DNA of 64,000 nucleotides from Centroscyllium fabricii (lineage: Eukaryota), in the NCBI GenBank assembly GCA_051313645.2, contig JBNRSN020000005.1, forward strand, positions 290,160,001 through 290,224,000, written 5' to 3'. Each line of letters starts with the position of its first letter. The stretch's first letter is position 1. Of the stretch, positions 37,096 to 49,140 are shown in pieces. The notes under the pieces were generated by a model, which was not told the DNA's origin, did no database searches, and worked only from the letters and a program-made list of their open reading frames with translations. The position numbers were made by a program, and so were the translations under genes.

Positions 37096-38947
37096 CTGTA
37101 GAATAGAAAGATTTGTAAATGTGTATTGCCGATGACACCAATCGTTAACATTTTAAAAAGTAGCACTGCAAACCATTCACTGCAATAAATAGTTTATCAG
37201 AATAAGCCATGGAAAGGAAAAATGCTGTGTCTCTGCTGTGCCATAATGTTATAAATTCAAATGAATGTTTCCATTAATCCGCATACATCTCAAACTGCTG
37301 ATACGAACAGATGTTCTGATTTAGAATGAGAAGACAGTGTTAAGACAACCCTTTCCAAATTTCCAGCAATGAATAAGAAATATAAGCACATATACAAGTT
37401 ACCCGAGCATCTTGGGCCAAACTGCCAGGCCTCGAGGGCTGGGAATGAATCACAAGCCATAGTTTAGACACCCTGATATAATGCCTGGCAGCACAATCGT
37501 TATTATAAATCGAAATAAGAAATGATGATGGAGTCTCCCATCGAATGAGTCTCAGCTGTTATAGATGCGCCAATGGGAGACCAGCCCAATCTTGGATATA
37601 TATCTCATGATCTTGACAAAGCCCCCCGCAAACACAAGATGCCATGTCACAGCGCAACCCCATGTCCGCCTCTCTCCCCCTCCCCCCCCCCCCGCACATG
37701 CGTATCTCTCCCCAATCTCCAGCCCGGTGGGTGTTTCCCTCTCTCCCCACCCCCTGTGCATCTCTCCCTACCCGTGTGTATCTACCCCCATCCCCAGTGT
37801 GTGTGTGTACCTCTCTTCCCGCCAACCGTGTGTGTATCTTCGGGTGACCACAGGTTCCCGTTTTGCGGGGACAGTCCCCAGGTGAGGTACTGTCGGGGGA
37901 TATGGGGAGAGGGTAGGAGGGGGGTGCTGGGTTTGGATGATCAGCCATGATCTCATCAAGAATGGCGGAGCAGGCTTGAAGGGCCGAATGGCCTACTCCT
38001 GCTCCTATCTTCTGTGTTTCTGTACTATGTCCCCGCGCATTCAATCAATGCCCCTGGAAGAGTCCACGGTTCACAAAACTCATCCATTCATCCTAATTGC
38101 AGCTCACGTAAATCCACGCCCGTACTCAGGGACTCAGAGACGGGCCAATCAACAGGGCTTGCTGTTGATTAACAGATTCTCTATCCATTGGCTGAGACGG
38201 ACCAATGAAAGGGCGGATCACCATTTGTTGTCTGCTAAATTGCTTTGACCAGATTGGCTTCGGTTTGAACTAATGAAAGGGCGGATCACAGTTTCTGACG
38301 ACAGTTTGGTTTTGACCAAATTGGCTTCGGTTTGGACCAATGGAAGGACAGAGTGGGGTGCGAGTGCTGGCCAATGGGGCGGTTGCATTTGCGTGGGAGG
38401 TGTGATGGCCGTGTAGTCTGTGTGAGCCTGCACCCGGGAACAAGTAACACATCTCATTGGCTGGTGATGTGAAAACGTGAATCTGACAACTGGATGCAGG
38501 TTCGCCCCAGGGCCGCCCCTCACTCAGCACGCTTCGCCATTTCCCATGGGGGTTAAATATAAAGCGTGACAAAAATAACGGGGTAATTATTAAAGAGACG
38601 CTGCAAACCTGTTACTGACTCAAGGGACTGAAGTACAAACACAGGCCATTGAATAAAAGTCTTGGCCTAGATCCTGGGAATCGGCAGACCACCTAATCCG
38701 TGTCTGGATTCGAGTAGACGAGTCCACGGAGAGCGGGCCCGAGGACGGTCACTGCCTCACGAGGCTGTAATTCAGCTCCTTTATGGACCAGGCCACGATG
38801 CTGAGTCTCAGGCGGCTTCTAGTGTAGAATCGGTCAGGATGAGTGAGCCCGAAGGACCAAGAGGCACTGACATGCCGATGAGATGGTGCCATCAGCGGCA
38901 GCTTCAGTGGTCGGGCTGCATGGCAGATCACAGAGCCAAGGGAGAAA

Positions 38948-39608
38948 TGAACAGACGGAGGCTCGGCCAGTCAGCGCCCGGGAACAGACGACCGCTCGGC
39001 CAGTCAGCGCCCGGGAACAGACGACCGCTCGGCCAGTCAGCGCCCGGGAACAGACGAGCGCTCAGCCAGTCAGCGCCCGGGAACAGACAAAGGCTCGGCC
39101 AATCAGTGCCCGGGAACAGACAAAGGCTCGGCCAGTCAGCGCCCAGGAACAGACGGAGGCTCGGCCAATCAGTGCCCGGGAACAGACGGAGGCTCGGCCA
39201 ATCAGTGCCCGGTAACAGACAAAGGCTCGGCCAGTCAGCGCCCGGGAACAGACAAAGGCTCGGCCAGTCAGCGCCCAGGAACAGACGGAGGCTCGGCCAA
39301 TCAGTGCCCGGGAACAGACGGAGGCTCGGCCAATCAGTGCCCGGGAACAGACAAAGGCTCGGCCAGTCAGCGCCCAGGAACAGACGGAGGCTCGGCCAAT
39401 CAGTGCCCGGGAACAGACGGAGGCTCGGCCAGTCAGCGCCCGGGAACAGACGGAGGCTCGGCCAATCAGTGCCCGGTAACAGACAAAGGCTCGGCCAGTC
39501 AGCGCCCGGGAACAGACAAAGGCTCGGCCAGTCAGCGCCCAGGAACAGACGGAGGCTCGGCCAGTCAGTGCCCGGGAACAAACGGACGCTCGGCCAGTCA
39601 GCGCCCGG
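38948..39608. repeat. 33-bp GC-rich minisatellite, about 20 copies
   Basis: Unit GGGAACAGACGGAGGCTCGGCCA(G/A)TCAG(C/T)GCCC; 11-aa periodicity in the ORF track. Confidence 0.95.
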
Positions 39609-40089
39609 TGTAGGAAAGCGCGACTCCGTGTTTGCTGTGGGACCTTTCCCAGAACTCCAGGGACTTCCCCATGTGGGGAGTGGGGAATCGGCTCTTTACA
39701 TTGACATACATAGAAGTTACAACACGGAAACAGTCCATTCGGCCCAACTCGTCCCTGCCAGCATTTATCCTTCACTGAGCTTCCCCACCCGCCACTCCGT
39801 TCCCAGATTTCAAGGTCGTTCACAGAAGCATAATCAAAAAAATGGACACTGAGCCAAAGAAGGTGATATTGGAAGAATTGACGAAAAATTTGGTCAAAGA
39901 ATATTTCATGGAGGGCCATAAAGGAGGGAGGACAATAAATGACTTGGGCAGTAATGTGAAGAGATTGTTTTTCTGAATAGTATGTATAGACAGAGGATAC
40001 AAAAAAATTACGTTTCTGAAGAGTGTTATTGTACTTCGATATGTGCAGTCACATCCACAGTAATTATGTGCACATTTGTTTAGCTTTTA

Positions 40090-40535
40090 AAAAGACATAC
40101 TTGCATTTATATAGCGCCTTTCACGACCATCGGACGTCCCAAAGCCCAAATACTTTTTTGAAGTGTTATCACTGTTATAATGCAGGAAATGCAGAAGCCA
40201 ATTTGCTCACAGCAAACTCCCACAAACGGCAATGTGATAACGACTAGATGATGTTTTAGTGACGTTGATTTAAGGATAAATATTGGACAGCACACGGGAT
40301 AACTCCCCTGCTCTTCTTCGGAATAATGCCTCGGAATCTTTTACGCCCGAGGGGGCAGATGGGGCCTCGGTTTAATGCCTCATCCAAAAGACGGCACCTC
40401 CGCCAGTGCAGAAGCTCTCTCAGTACCGCACCGGTAGCCAGCCTAGACTTCTGTGCTCAAATCTCTGGAGGGAGACTTGATCCCACAGCCTTCTGACTCA
40501 GGGCGGTGGGAGTGCTGCCCATTGAACCAGGGCTG
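40090..40535 (-). mobile_element. DeuSINE-like SINE (duplicate at 49265-49688)
   Basis: Homologous along its length to 61092-61937. Confidence 0.7.
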
Positions 40536-40999
40536 ATATTTACAGTGTATGTGTGCAACTGTTAAAAAGACAGGCTTCTTAAAAAAAAAATGTTGCTGGG
40601 CTGTGCAACCTACATTTTTTGCCCTGGCTACTTTGTGCTGTACTCCCACCACCCTGTGTTGTCCCCAGATTAAGGTTTAGAAATTTAGGTCACCCTAGTG
40701 TCCTGGCCAATATTTATCCCACAACATAACAAAAAACTAGATTATCTGGTCATTATCACAGTGCTGTTTGTGTGAGCTTGCTGTGCGCAAATTGACTGCC
40801 ACATTTCCTACGTTACAACAGTGACCACACTGAAAAAGTACCTCATTGGCTGTAAAGCGCTTTGATCCGTCAGGCGGTCGTGAAAGGCGCTATATAGATG
40901 TAAGTCTTTTTCTACTTCTTCTTGTTCATGTCTCCCAACCTAGTGTGTTTAACTCTCCCCTCCACCCACCCTCACGCATCCTTATGTGAGTGTCTCTTC

Positions 41000-41905
41000 C
41001 GACTCTAACCTATCCTAACCCACTCTCTTCCCACTCTAACCTATCCTAACCCACTCTCTTCCCACTCTAACCTATCCTAACCCAATCTCTGCCCATTCTG
41101 AGCTATCCTAACCCAATCTCTGCCCACTCTGAGCTATCCTAACCCAATCTCTGCCCATTCTGAGCTATCCTAACCCAATCTCTGCCCACTGAGCTATCCT
41201 AACCCAATCTCTGCCCACTCTGAGCTATCCTAACCCAATCTCTGCCCATTCTGAGCTATCCTAACCCAATCTCTGCCCACTCTGAGCTATCCTAACCCAA
41301 TCTCTGCCCACTCTGAGCTATCCTAACCCAATCTCTGCCCATTCTGAGCTATCCTAACCCAATCTCTGCCCACTGAGCTATCCTAACCCAATCTCTGCCC
41401 ATTCTGAGCTATCCTAACCCAATCTCTGCCCACTCTGAGCTATCCTAACCCAATCTCTGCCCATTCTGAGCTATCCTAACCCAATCTCTGCCCACTCTGA
41501 GCTATCCTAACCCAATCTCTGCCCATTCTGAGCTATCCTAACCCAATCTCTGCCCACTCTTACCTATCCTAACCCAATCTCTGCCCACTCTAACCTATCC
41601 TAACCCAATCTCTGCCCACTCTTACCTATCCTAACCCAATCTCTGCCCACTCTTACCTATCCTAACCCAATCTCTGCCCACTCTTACCTATCCTAACCCA
41701 ATCTCTGCCCACTCTTACCTATCCTAACCCAATCTCTGCCCACTCTGCGCTATCCTAACCCACTCTCTGCCCACTCAGCTATCCTAACCCAATCTCTGCC
41801 CACTCTTACCTATCCTAACCCACTCTGAGCTATCCTAACCCACTCTTACCTATCCTAACCCACTCTTACCTATCCTAACCCACTCTAACCTATCCCACTC
41901 TATCC
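41000..41905. repeat. 31-bp minisatellite with a CCTAACCC core, copy 1
   Basis: Unit CTATCCTAACCCAATCTCTGCCCACTCTGAG plus shorter 20-bp variants. Confidence 0.95.
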
Positions 41906-42421
41906 CGGGTGCCTCTCTCTCTCTCGGGCCCACGTGTACCCGGAGTCTGGCGGGGCCGCGCTCGCGCTGCTTTTGCCAGTTGATCGCGCGGCCCCGCGAG
42001 GGGTGGCGGTTGAGCGGCCTCGGTCAGCGCCTCACCTCGTGCACCACCTCCTCCTCCTCCTCAGAGGCCCCGCTGCTCTCCTCCGACTCTTCCCCCGACT
42101 CGCTCTGCTTCGACACCTCCAGCGCCCGTCGCTTCGTGCAAGACGCCATCTTCCAGCGCGCGATCGTCACCGGAAGTGGGGTCTTCCCCGCAGCCTCCCG
42201 TTTGCGGAGCGCGAAATTGCCGCAGCGAAACCCTCAACCTGTCCCGTTGCCACTGAACATGGATCTTTTATGCGAACGAACTCGCGATTATTAATGACTT
42301 TGATTTATTGTTCCATTTTGGAGGACAATTGCGATTTGGAGCAAACCGCGAACTTCGACCCCGAACAGAAGCAGCGGCCTCGCGAGATCCTGCAGCTGGA
42401 GACGTCATTGGCCCGAGGACA
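41905..42421. promoter_or_regulatory. CpG-island bidirectional BCCIP/UROS promoter, copy 1, with probable non-coding UROS exon 1 ending at 42421
   Basis: CpG-dense; ETS/GABP site ACCGGAAGTG (42169-42178); YY1-type CGCCATCTT over the BCCIP ATG; CTCGCGAGA motif (42379-42387); + strand donor ACA|GTGAGT; the head-to-head BCCIP/UROS arrangement is known in mammals. Confidence 0.75.
42036..42149 (-). CDS. BCCIP: BCCIP exon 1 coding part, proximal copy
   Basis: AAG ATG GCG start context; MASCTKRRALEVSKQSESGEESEESSGASEEEEEVVHE|gtgagg; phase 0 joins exon 2. Confidence 0.9.
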
Positions 42422-42830
42422 GTGAGTGNNNNNNNNNNNNNNNNNNNNNNNNNNNNNNNNNNNNNNNNNNNNNNNNNNNNNNNNNNNNNNNNNNNNNNNN
42501 NNNNNNNNNNNNNNNNNNNNNNNNNNNNNNNNNNNNNNNNNNNNNNNNNNNNNNNNNNNNNNNNNNNNNNTGAGAGAGAGAGTGAGTGAGAGAGTGAGTG
42601 ACAGTGTGAGTGAGTGAGAGTGAGTGAGTGTGACAGAGTGAGTGAGTGACAGAGTGAGTGAGAGACAGTGAGTGAGAGACAGAATGAGTGAGTGAGTGAG
42701 TGAGTGAGAGAGTCAGAGTGAGTGAGAGAGTCAGAGTGAGTGAGAGAGTCAGTGAGTGAGAAACAAGTGAGAGAGTCAGAGTGAGTGAGAGAGTCAGTGA
42801 GTGAGAAACACTCGGTGACAAACAATGAGT
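42422..42830. repeat. (GAGT/GA)n low-complexity tract containing an assembly gap (N 42429-42570); duplicate at 51983-52400
   Basis: Direct reading. Confidence 0.95.
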
Positions 42831-43114
42831 GACAGATACCTATAGAGTGGCAGTGTCAATGAGTGATAAACATACAGTGGCACAGAAACAATGAGAGACA
42901 GATACATATAGAGTGACAAAGAAACAATAATGACAGTTACTTATAGAATGACAGAGATGCAGAGTGACTGGGACAGTTAATGACAAACATACAATGACAC
43001 AGAAACACTGACTGACAGACACATAGAGTAACAACATCATTGTGAGTGACATATACCTGTATACAGAATGACAAAAGGTGTGACCGGTACATAGAGAATG
43101 ATGTCGGAACAAAG

Positions 43115-46100
43115 TGTGGTAACCGTTGTATATACTATTATTACCACCCTAATATTGTCACCAATATTATATGTATGTATAGCGGTCGGGTGCATGATGC
43201 AACTGTCCTGTATTGCGACACTGTCGCGGGGCCAGGTCAGCCACACCTCTAACTCTTCCCCTCAGGTGAGTGCCTTATAGGTGGGGACTGACCGGCCCCC
43301 ATTCATTCTGTACCTGATGTTCGATCGGAGCGTAGCTCCGTTGTAAGCTAATAAAAACCTTCAGTTAAGGTAACTACGCGTCTTTAGTTTTATTAGACTA
43401 TTGACGATACGTCAATTTTATTAGCTTAAAAATTTGAAATGGAGAGCGGCGCTGTGAAACCCGAAAAGCTGAACATTAGTCCACAGGACCCAGCCGCCGC
43501 CAACACCTTCGAACACTGGTTCGGTCTCCTGGAGGCCTACATGGACGCCGCCAAGGCTACAACCGAAGGGAACAAGCTACAGGTTCTCCGATCCAGGATC
43601 TCCAGCCGGGTATTCTCGTTGATCCGTGACGCCAAAACGTACCCCGATGCGGTGGCTAAACTGAAGAAATGCTACGAGCGCCCGGTCCACTCAGTCTACA
43701 CCAGACATGTGCTCGCGACCAGACCACAACTACCGAGTGAGTCAAACGAGCAGTTCGAGCAGGCGCTCCAAGCCCTTGTCCGAGTCTGTGGCTGCCAACC
43801 ACGGACGGCAGAAGAGGAGGCGAACCTCCTCGTCCGGGACGCCTATGTAACGGGACTCAGGTCCGCAGAGGCCCACCAGCGGCTGCTGGAAAAAGACACT
43901 TTAACTCTGGAAGACGCGATCTCTATCGCCAACGCCGTGGAGGGCGCACACCGCAAGCTGCAGGCGTACGGCGGCCCAAACCCACAGGCCTACGACGCGT
44001 GGGCAGCCCCACAACGGGTCGAGACCCACACAATGGCAGCGGCAGCTGCGAAGACGCCGGCGGAGAAGAAATGCTATTTTTCTCTTATTACGCGCAATGG
44101 GTTCCCCAGTTCGCGGATAAGGCCAGACCGCTCCTTAAGGCTGCCGCCTTCCCCCTCTCGGCAGAAGCCCATACGGCATTCACCCGGATCAAGGAAGACA
44201 TTATCAAGGCGACCATGCACGCCGTTGATGAATCCATCCCTTTCCAGGTGGAGAGTTACGCTTCGGACTTTGCCCTTGCCGCCACCCTGAATCAGCCACG
44301 CATGCCCGTAGCGTTTTTCTCCCGCACCTTACAGGGACCCGAAATTCGCCACTCTGCAGTGGAAAAGGTGTCCCAGGCCATCGTGGAGGCCGTGCGCTAC
44401 TGGCGTCATTACCTGGCTGGTAAGCGTTTTACCCTGCTCACCGACCAACGGTCGGTCGCGTTTATGTTTAACAATAAACAAAAGGGTAAAATCAAGAATG
44501 ATAAGATCCTGCGGTGGCGGATCGAGCTCTCTACATACGGGGATAGGGTGGGATATGTGTTGATGCAGGCTCGATAGGGATCGAGGGATATGGGGAGAGG
44601 GCAGGGGCGGGATATGGGGAGAGGGCAGGGGCGGGATATGGGGAGAGGGCAGGGATGATCAGCCATGATCTCATTGAATGGCGGAGCAGGCTCGAAGGGC
44701 CGAATGGCCTACTCCTGCTCCTAGTTTCTATGTTTCTTTACCGACCAGGCAAACTCAATGAACCCCCGGACGCACTGTCCAGGGGAACGTGCGCCAGTGC
44801 CCAGCTAGACCGGCTGAAGGAACTCCACGATCGCCTCTGCCACCCGGGTGTCACCAGACTTGCCCACTTCGTAAAATCCCGTACCCTCCCCTACTCCATC
44901 ACGGAAATCAAGGCTATGACCCGATAGTGCCCTGTTTGCGCCGAGTGCAAACCCCACTTTTTCAGGCCAGACACGGCGCATCTCATTAAGGCCACCCGCC
45001 CCTTTGAACGTCTAAGCGTGGACTTCAAAGGCCCCCTCCCCACCACCGACCGCAACTCGTACTTCCTCACGGTCGTAGACGAGTTCTCCCGCTTCCCCTT
45101 CCCCTGCCCAGATATGATGAGCGCAACGGTGATCAAACACTTCACCACGCTGTTCGCCATTTTCGGTCTCCCCAGCTACATCCATAGCGACCGGGGGGCG
45201 TTGTTCATTAGCAACGAACTGCTTCAGTTTCTGCTCCAGACAGGGGTTGCCTCGAGCAGAACGACCAGTTACAACCCCCGGGGGAACGGCCAGGTAGAAA
45301 GGGAGAATGGGATCATCTGGAAGGCGGTCAACCTGGCCCTGAAGTCCAGAGCCCTTCCAGTGTCCCGTTGGCAGGCAGTCCTCCCTGATGCGCTGCACTC
45401 GATACGCTCTCTGTTGTGTACGGCCACCAACGCCACACCTCACGACTTAATTTTTTCATTCCCCAGGAAGTCGACTTCGGGGACAGCCCTTCCACCGTGG
45501 CTCACGATGCCGGGGCCGGTCTTGCTTAGGAAGCACGTCCGCGGCCATAAGACCGACCCCCTGGTAGACAAGGTGCAGCTGCTGCACGCCAACCCGCAGT
45601 ACGCGTACGTAGTTCCCGGACGGGCGCGAGGACACCATCTCCATCAAGGACCTAGCGCCCGCCGGGAGCACCACAGCAGAGCCCCTGGTCGGGCAGCAGC
45701 CTGCCCAGCCACTATATTTCGGCCACCTCCAGCCACTACATATCGACCACTGGCCGATACACGACCCACAACCCACCGGAGGCTGGCCGCCACTACCGCA
45801 TGGTTCGGAGCCCCCGCCATTGCCAGCTGAGGACCAAGACTCGGATGACCAGCTGCAGGCACAGCAGCAGCCGCAGGGCTCGGACCCACCGCCACCACCT
45901 ACAGTACCGGCACCAGCGCCGCCGCCACCACCACCGGCTCCAGCGCCGCCGATGCTGCAGGAACCAGAACATTTGACAGAGACCCGGCGGTCCTCCAGAC
46001 AGACGTGACCGCCGGATAAACTAATCATGAACTGCTCTGTCCATTCACCCCACCGGACTTGATTTTCAAAGAAGGGGTGAATGTGGTAACCGTTGTATAT

Positions 46101-46360
46101 ACTATTATTACCACCCTAATATTGTCACCAATATTATATGTATGTATAGCGGTCAGGTGCATGATGCAACTGTCCTGTATTGCGACACTGTCGCGGGGCC
46201 AGGTCAGCCACACCTCTAACTCCTCACCTCAGGTGAGTGCCTTATAGGTGGGGACTGACCTGATGTTCGATCGGAGCGTAGCTCCGTCGTAAGCTAATAA
46301 AAGCCTTGAGTTAAGGTAACTACGCGTCTTTAGTTTTATTAGACTATTGACGATACATCA
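43115..46360 (+). mobile_element. Internally deleted Ty3/Gypsy LTR element (gag, RNase H, integrase; no PR or RT core)
   Basis: LTRs 43115-43414 and 46082-46360 (TG..CA); 5-bp TSD CAAAG; PPT AAAGAAGGGGTGAA; gag from 43439; RNase H about 44080-44530; integrase DFKGP/HSDRG/NGQVER about 44760-45610; empty site at 52676-52680. Confidence 0.95.
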
Positions 46361-47459
46361 CAAAGTGTGAGTGAAATGTACACTGACACACAAACAGATA
46401 CATGCAGAATGATACCGAGTGAATGAGCGGTACATACTGAGTGAGTGGCCAATACACAAGAGTGGCACAAGGACATAAACAGTGTGAATGTCAGCTACAT
46501 ACATACTGAGTGACAGTTACATACTGAATGACAGGTGCATGCAGAATTACACCGGGACAAATAAATAGTGTGATTGACATACACAGTATGAAATACTCTG
46601 ACTGATGTGGATACATATACACAATTTGTATGAAACAGACAAAGTTATAGAAACACTTAGAAGTGACATTGAGTAGCACGGAGACTTAAATACTGCTAAT
46701 GAGCAACAGAAACATAGATATTCATACACACAGAGTGAATCACAGATGGAAACATTGAGATACAGTAATGTTGTCTTTCATTCAAGATCTGAATCACTCA
46801 GACAGTGACTACATGCACCACATTTACATGTTTAGACAGTGAACTGGACTGGTTTGATGTAGTCCTTCAGCATATATACAAAACAAATTAGGGTTCTTGG
46901 AGTACAAATGACATTGGAGAGCCAGTAAGTTTATATTTACTGGAGCAAATTAGAGACCTGCATATCAGGAGTCATCGGTATTAAAGTAATTTAAAAGGGC
47001 TTTTTGTGACAGACATGGATAGAAATGCACACGATGAATAAGAATCAGAGCCATTGGGTCAATAATGTGGTCCTGGCATTATTGCTGCTCCAAGGTGAAC
47101 CTGAACCAAAATGAGCTGACCTCGTACCAGAATGCAAGGTCAGCTTATTTAAATATTTCAGTGGCACTCCAGGTACAGAGCAGGCACTGCATTGGGAACA
47201 TGTCAGGAAGGAGCTGGGTGGCAGCTGGAATGTTAACCACCATCAGCCAATGAAGGGCTGCTAGCTGCCCAAACATTGCTGCTGTTTTTTTGTTGTTGGA
47301 TAGGCTGGGAACTTAAGCCTCCTTGTTGCAGCAAGTCACTTAAGCTGGGAAAAAAATCAGAATAAATATTAGGCAGAGTGCCACCAGGATGTAAAATATA
47401 CCCCCCCCCCCTCCAAAATTTTTTTTCCCTGAACTGCCGGTACCAAATGAGCACTTAAT

Positions 47460-47762
47460 GGGGGGGATTTTCATGTCCCCGTGAGGCAGGGTTTTGGGCA
47501 GCCCGGCCGGCAAAATAGCGGAACTGACGGATCCCGCCCCTCCCCACCGTATCCCCACCGCTTTCTCATTTTCCCCCGCCCAGATTCCCCACGCTGCAGC
47601 CGGACTTGATTCACCTAATTACCTCCCGCTCCCGCCGACGGAGATTTAACAACCGCATTAACCTAAAATTGCGTGGGCTTCCCAGCTGGTTGGGTGGGCG
47701 GGACCGGAAGCCGCCCAGACCAATCCCCGCCAGGTTCCCGCCCTTCCGGAAAAATCGCCCCC
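47460..47762. mobile_element. Harbinger-like MITE, internally deleted; longer copy at 53782-55755
   Basis: TIRs GGGGGGGATTTTC / GAAAAATCGCCCCC; TSD AAT. Confidence 0.65.
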
Positions 47763-48623
47763 AATAACTGGAACTTGCTCAAGCACTGCAGTCACCTTAT
47801 GGGGAGGCCCTTAAAGAAGAAAATGTGGCACGTTAACGTGTTTGCACTCATTTTAGGAGCTTAATAAGCTTTGCGCATGTTTTGTGTGCAGGCGTCCAAC
47901 ATGCTTCGTGCTTGTTGGCCACACTATGGTATGCATGGTGAATCGAATGCATAGCAGCCTCTAAACGCAGTAATATAGGCACCTGGCATTGCATTATCAA
48001 GCACATAGAAACATGGTGTGTATTAGGAGTTGAGAGAGAAACATAAAAGCACTGTGATAAGGGACATAAACTCAAGATATACAATATTTGAAGAAAGTGA
48101 CAACAGATAGTGATGTAAATAGTCTCACAGAAAAAGCGCACACAGTAAGTGAAGAGAAACAGTGAGGAAGGAACAAAGCCACAGCCAGGTACACAGATTG
48201 ATGAGAGGACAGAGAGAAATACACACACAGAAAATGAGAGAGTAATTGTGCGAGGTATAGAAAAAGGATAGGCAAGGAAGTGTGAAAGCAAGGTGAAAAG
48301 GTGTGAGAAACCTAAAGTAAGAAACACACTTTAAATTTCTTTATATACAAACTTGAGCCCCAATAGCTCAGTGAGTGAATGCATTGCATAATGTAGCATA
48401 GCAGTACAGATGAGAAAAGTTCAAGATTCAATCTCCAGTCTGTGATGCATTAGCGATCTCAGTCAAGATAGGACTGAATGTGTTACCAATGGCCTCCGTA
48501 CTCCTATGCTAGGGAGGTGAAAAACTAGCCATGGATAACAGAGTTATGTAGCACAAGATTTGCCAAAAAAAAGCATATCTTAATGAAGGGAATATCATAG
48601 CTTCACTCCATTGACAATGATAA

Positions 48624-49140
48624 ATAAGAAATAAGAGCAGGAGTAGGCCATTCGGCCCCTCGAGTCTGCTCCATCATTCAACAAGATCATGGCAGATCTT
48701 CTACCTCATCTCCACTTTCCTGCACTATCCCCATATCCCTTGATTCCCTTAATATCCAAAAATCTATCGATCGCTCTCTTGAATATACTCAATGACTGGG
48801 CTTCCACAGCCCTCTGCGGTAGAGAATTCCAAAGATTCACCACCCTCTGAGTGAAGAAATGTTTCCTCATCTCAGTCCTAAATGGGCGACCCCTTATTCT
48901 GAGACTGTGACCCCTGGTTCTGGACTCCCCAGCCAGGGGAAACATCCTCCCTGCATCTACCCTGTCAAGCCCTGTAAGAACTTTGTATGTTTCAATGAGA
49001 TCACCTCTCATTCTTCTAAACTCTACAGAATATAGGCCGAGTCTACTCAATCTCTCCTCATAGGACAATCTCCCATCCCAGGATTCAGTTTGGTGAACCT
49101 TCGTTGCACTCCCTCTATGGCAAGTATATCCTTCCTTAGG
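48624..49140 (-). mobile_element. CR1-type LINE 3' fragment truncated at the duplication junction
   Basis: SYEERLSRLGLYSVEFRRMRGDLIETYK; longer counterpart at 58005-58630. Confidence 0.9.

Larger units (their letters stand above)
39967..49139. repeat. Tandem segmental duplication, copy 1
   Basis: Collinear and highly similar to 49140-58443 apart from indels; ORF-track peptides recur in pairs (e.g. 47848 vs 55841, 47065 vs 53380). Confidence 0.92.

Noticed and set aside
38660-38755. Possible third, older copy of the UROS exon 1 end (GGCCCGAGGAC, AGATCCTG)
   Set aside because: Only short matches; I could not extend an alignment by eye
38839-39919. Long ORFs (337, 285 and 217 aa) on both strands
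   Set aside because: Produced by a stop-free 33-bp tandem repeat; no domain or splice support
38948-41905. CRISPR-like periodicity in the 33-bp and 31-bp arrays
   Set aside because: Units are contiguous with no unique spacers, there are no cas genes, and the context is a vertebrate intron
41934-42425. 163-aa plus-strand ORF (also 51495-51986)
   Set aside because: Starts at GTG, runs antisense to BCCIP exon 1 in a CpG island, and recurs only because of the duplication
43310-43345. Hammerhead in the Gypsy LTR (CTGATG followed by a hairpin)
   Set aside because: Lacks the CUGANGA spacing and the GAAA after the stem
47848-48327. 159-aa hydrophobic ORF present twice (also 55841-56320)
   Set aside because: Antisense of A/G-rich low-complexity sequence; its recurrence reflects the duplication
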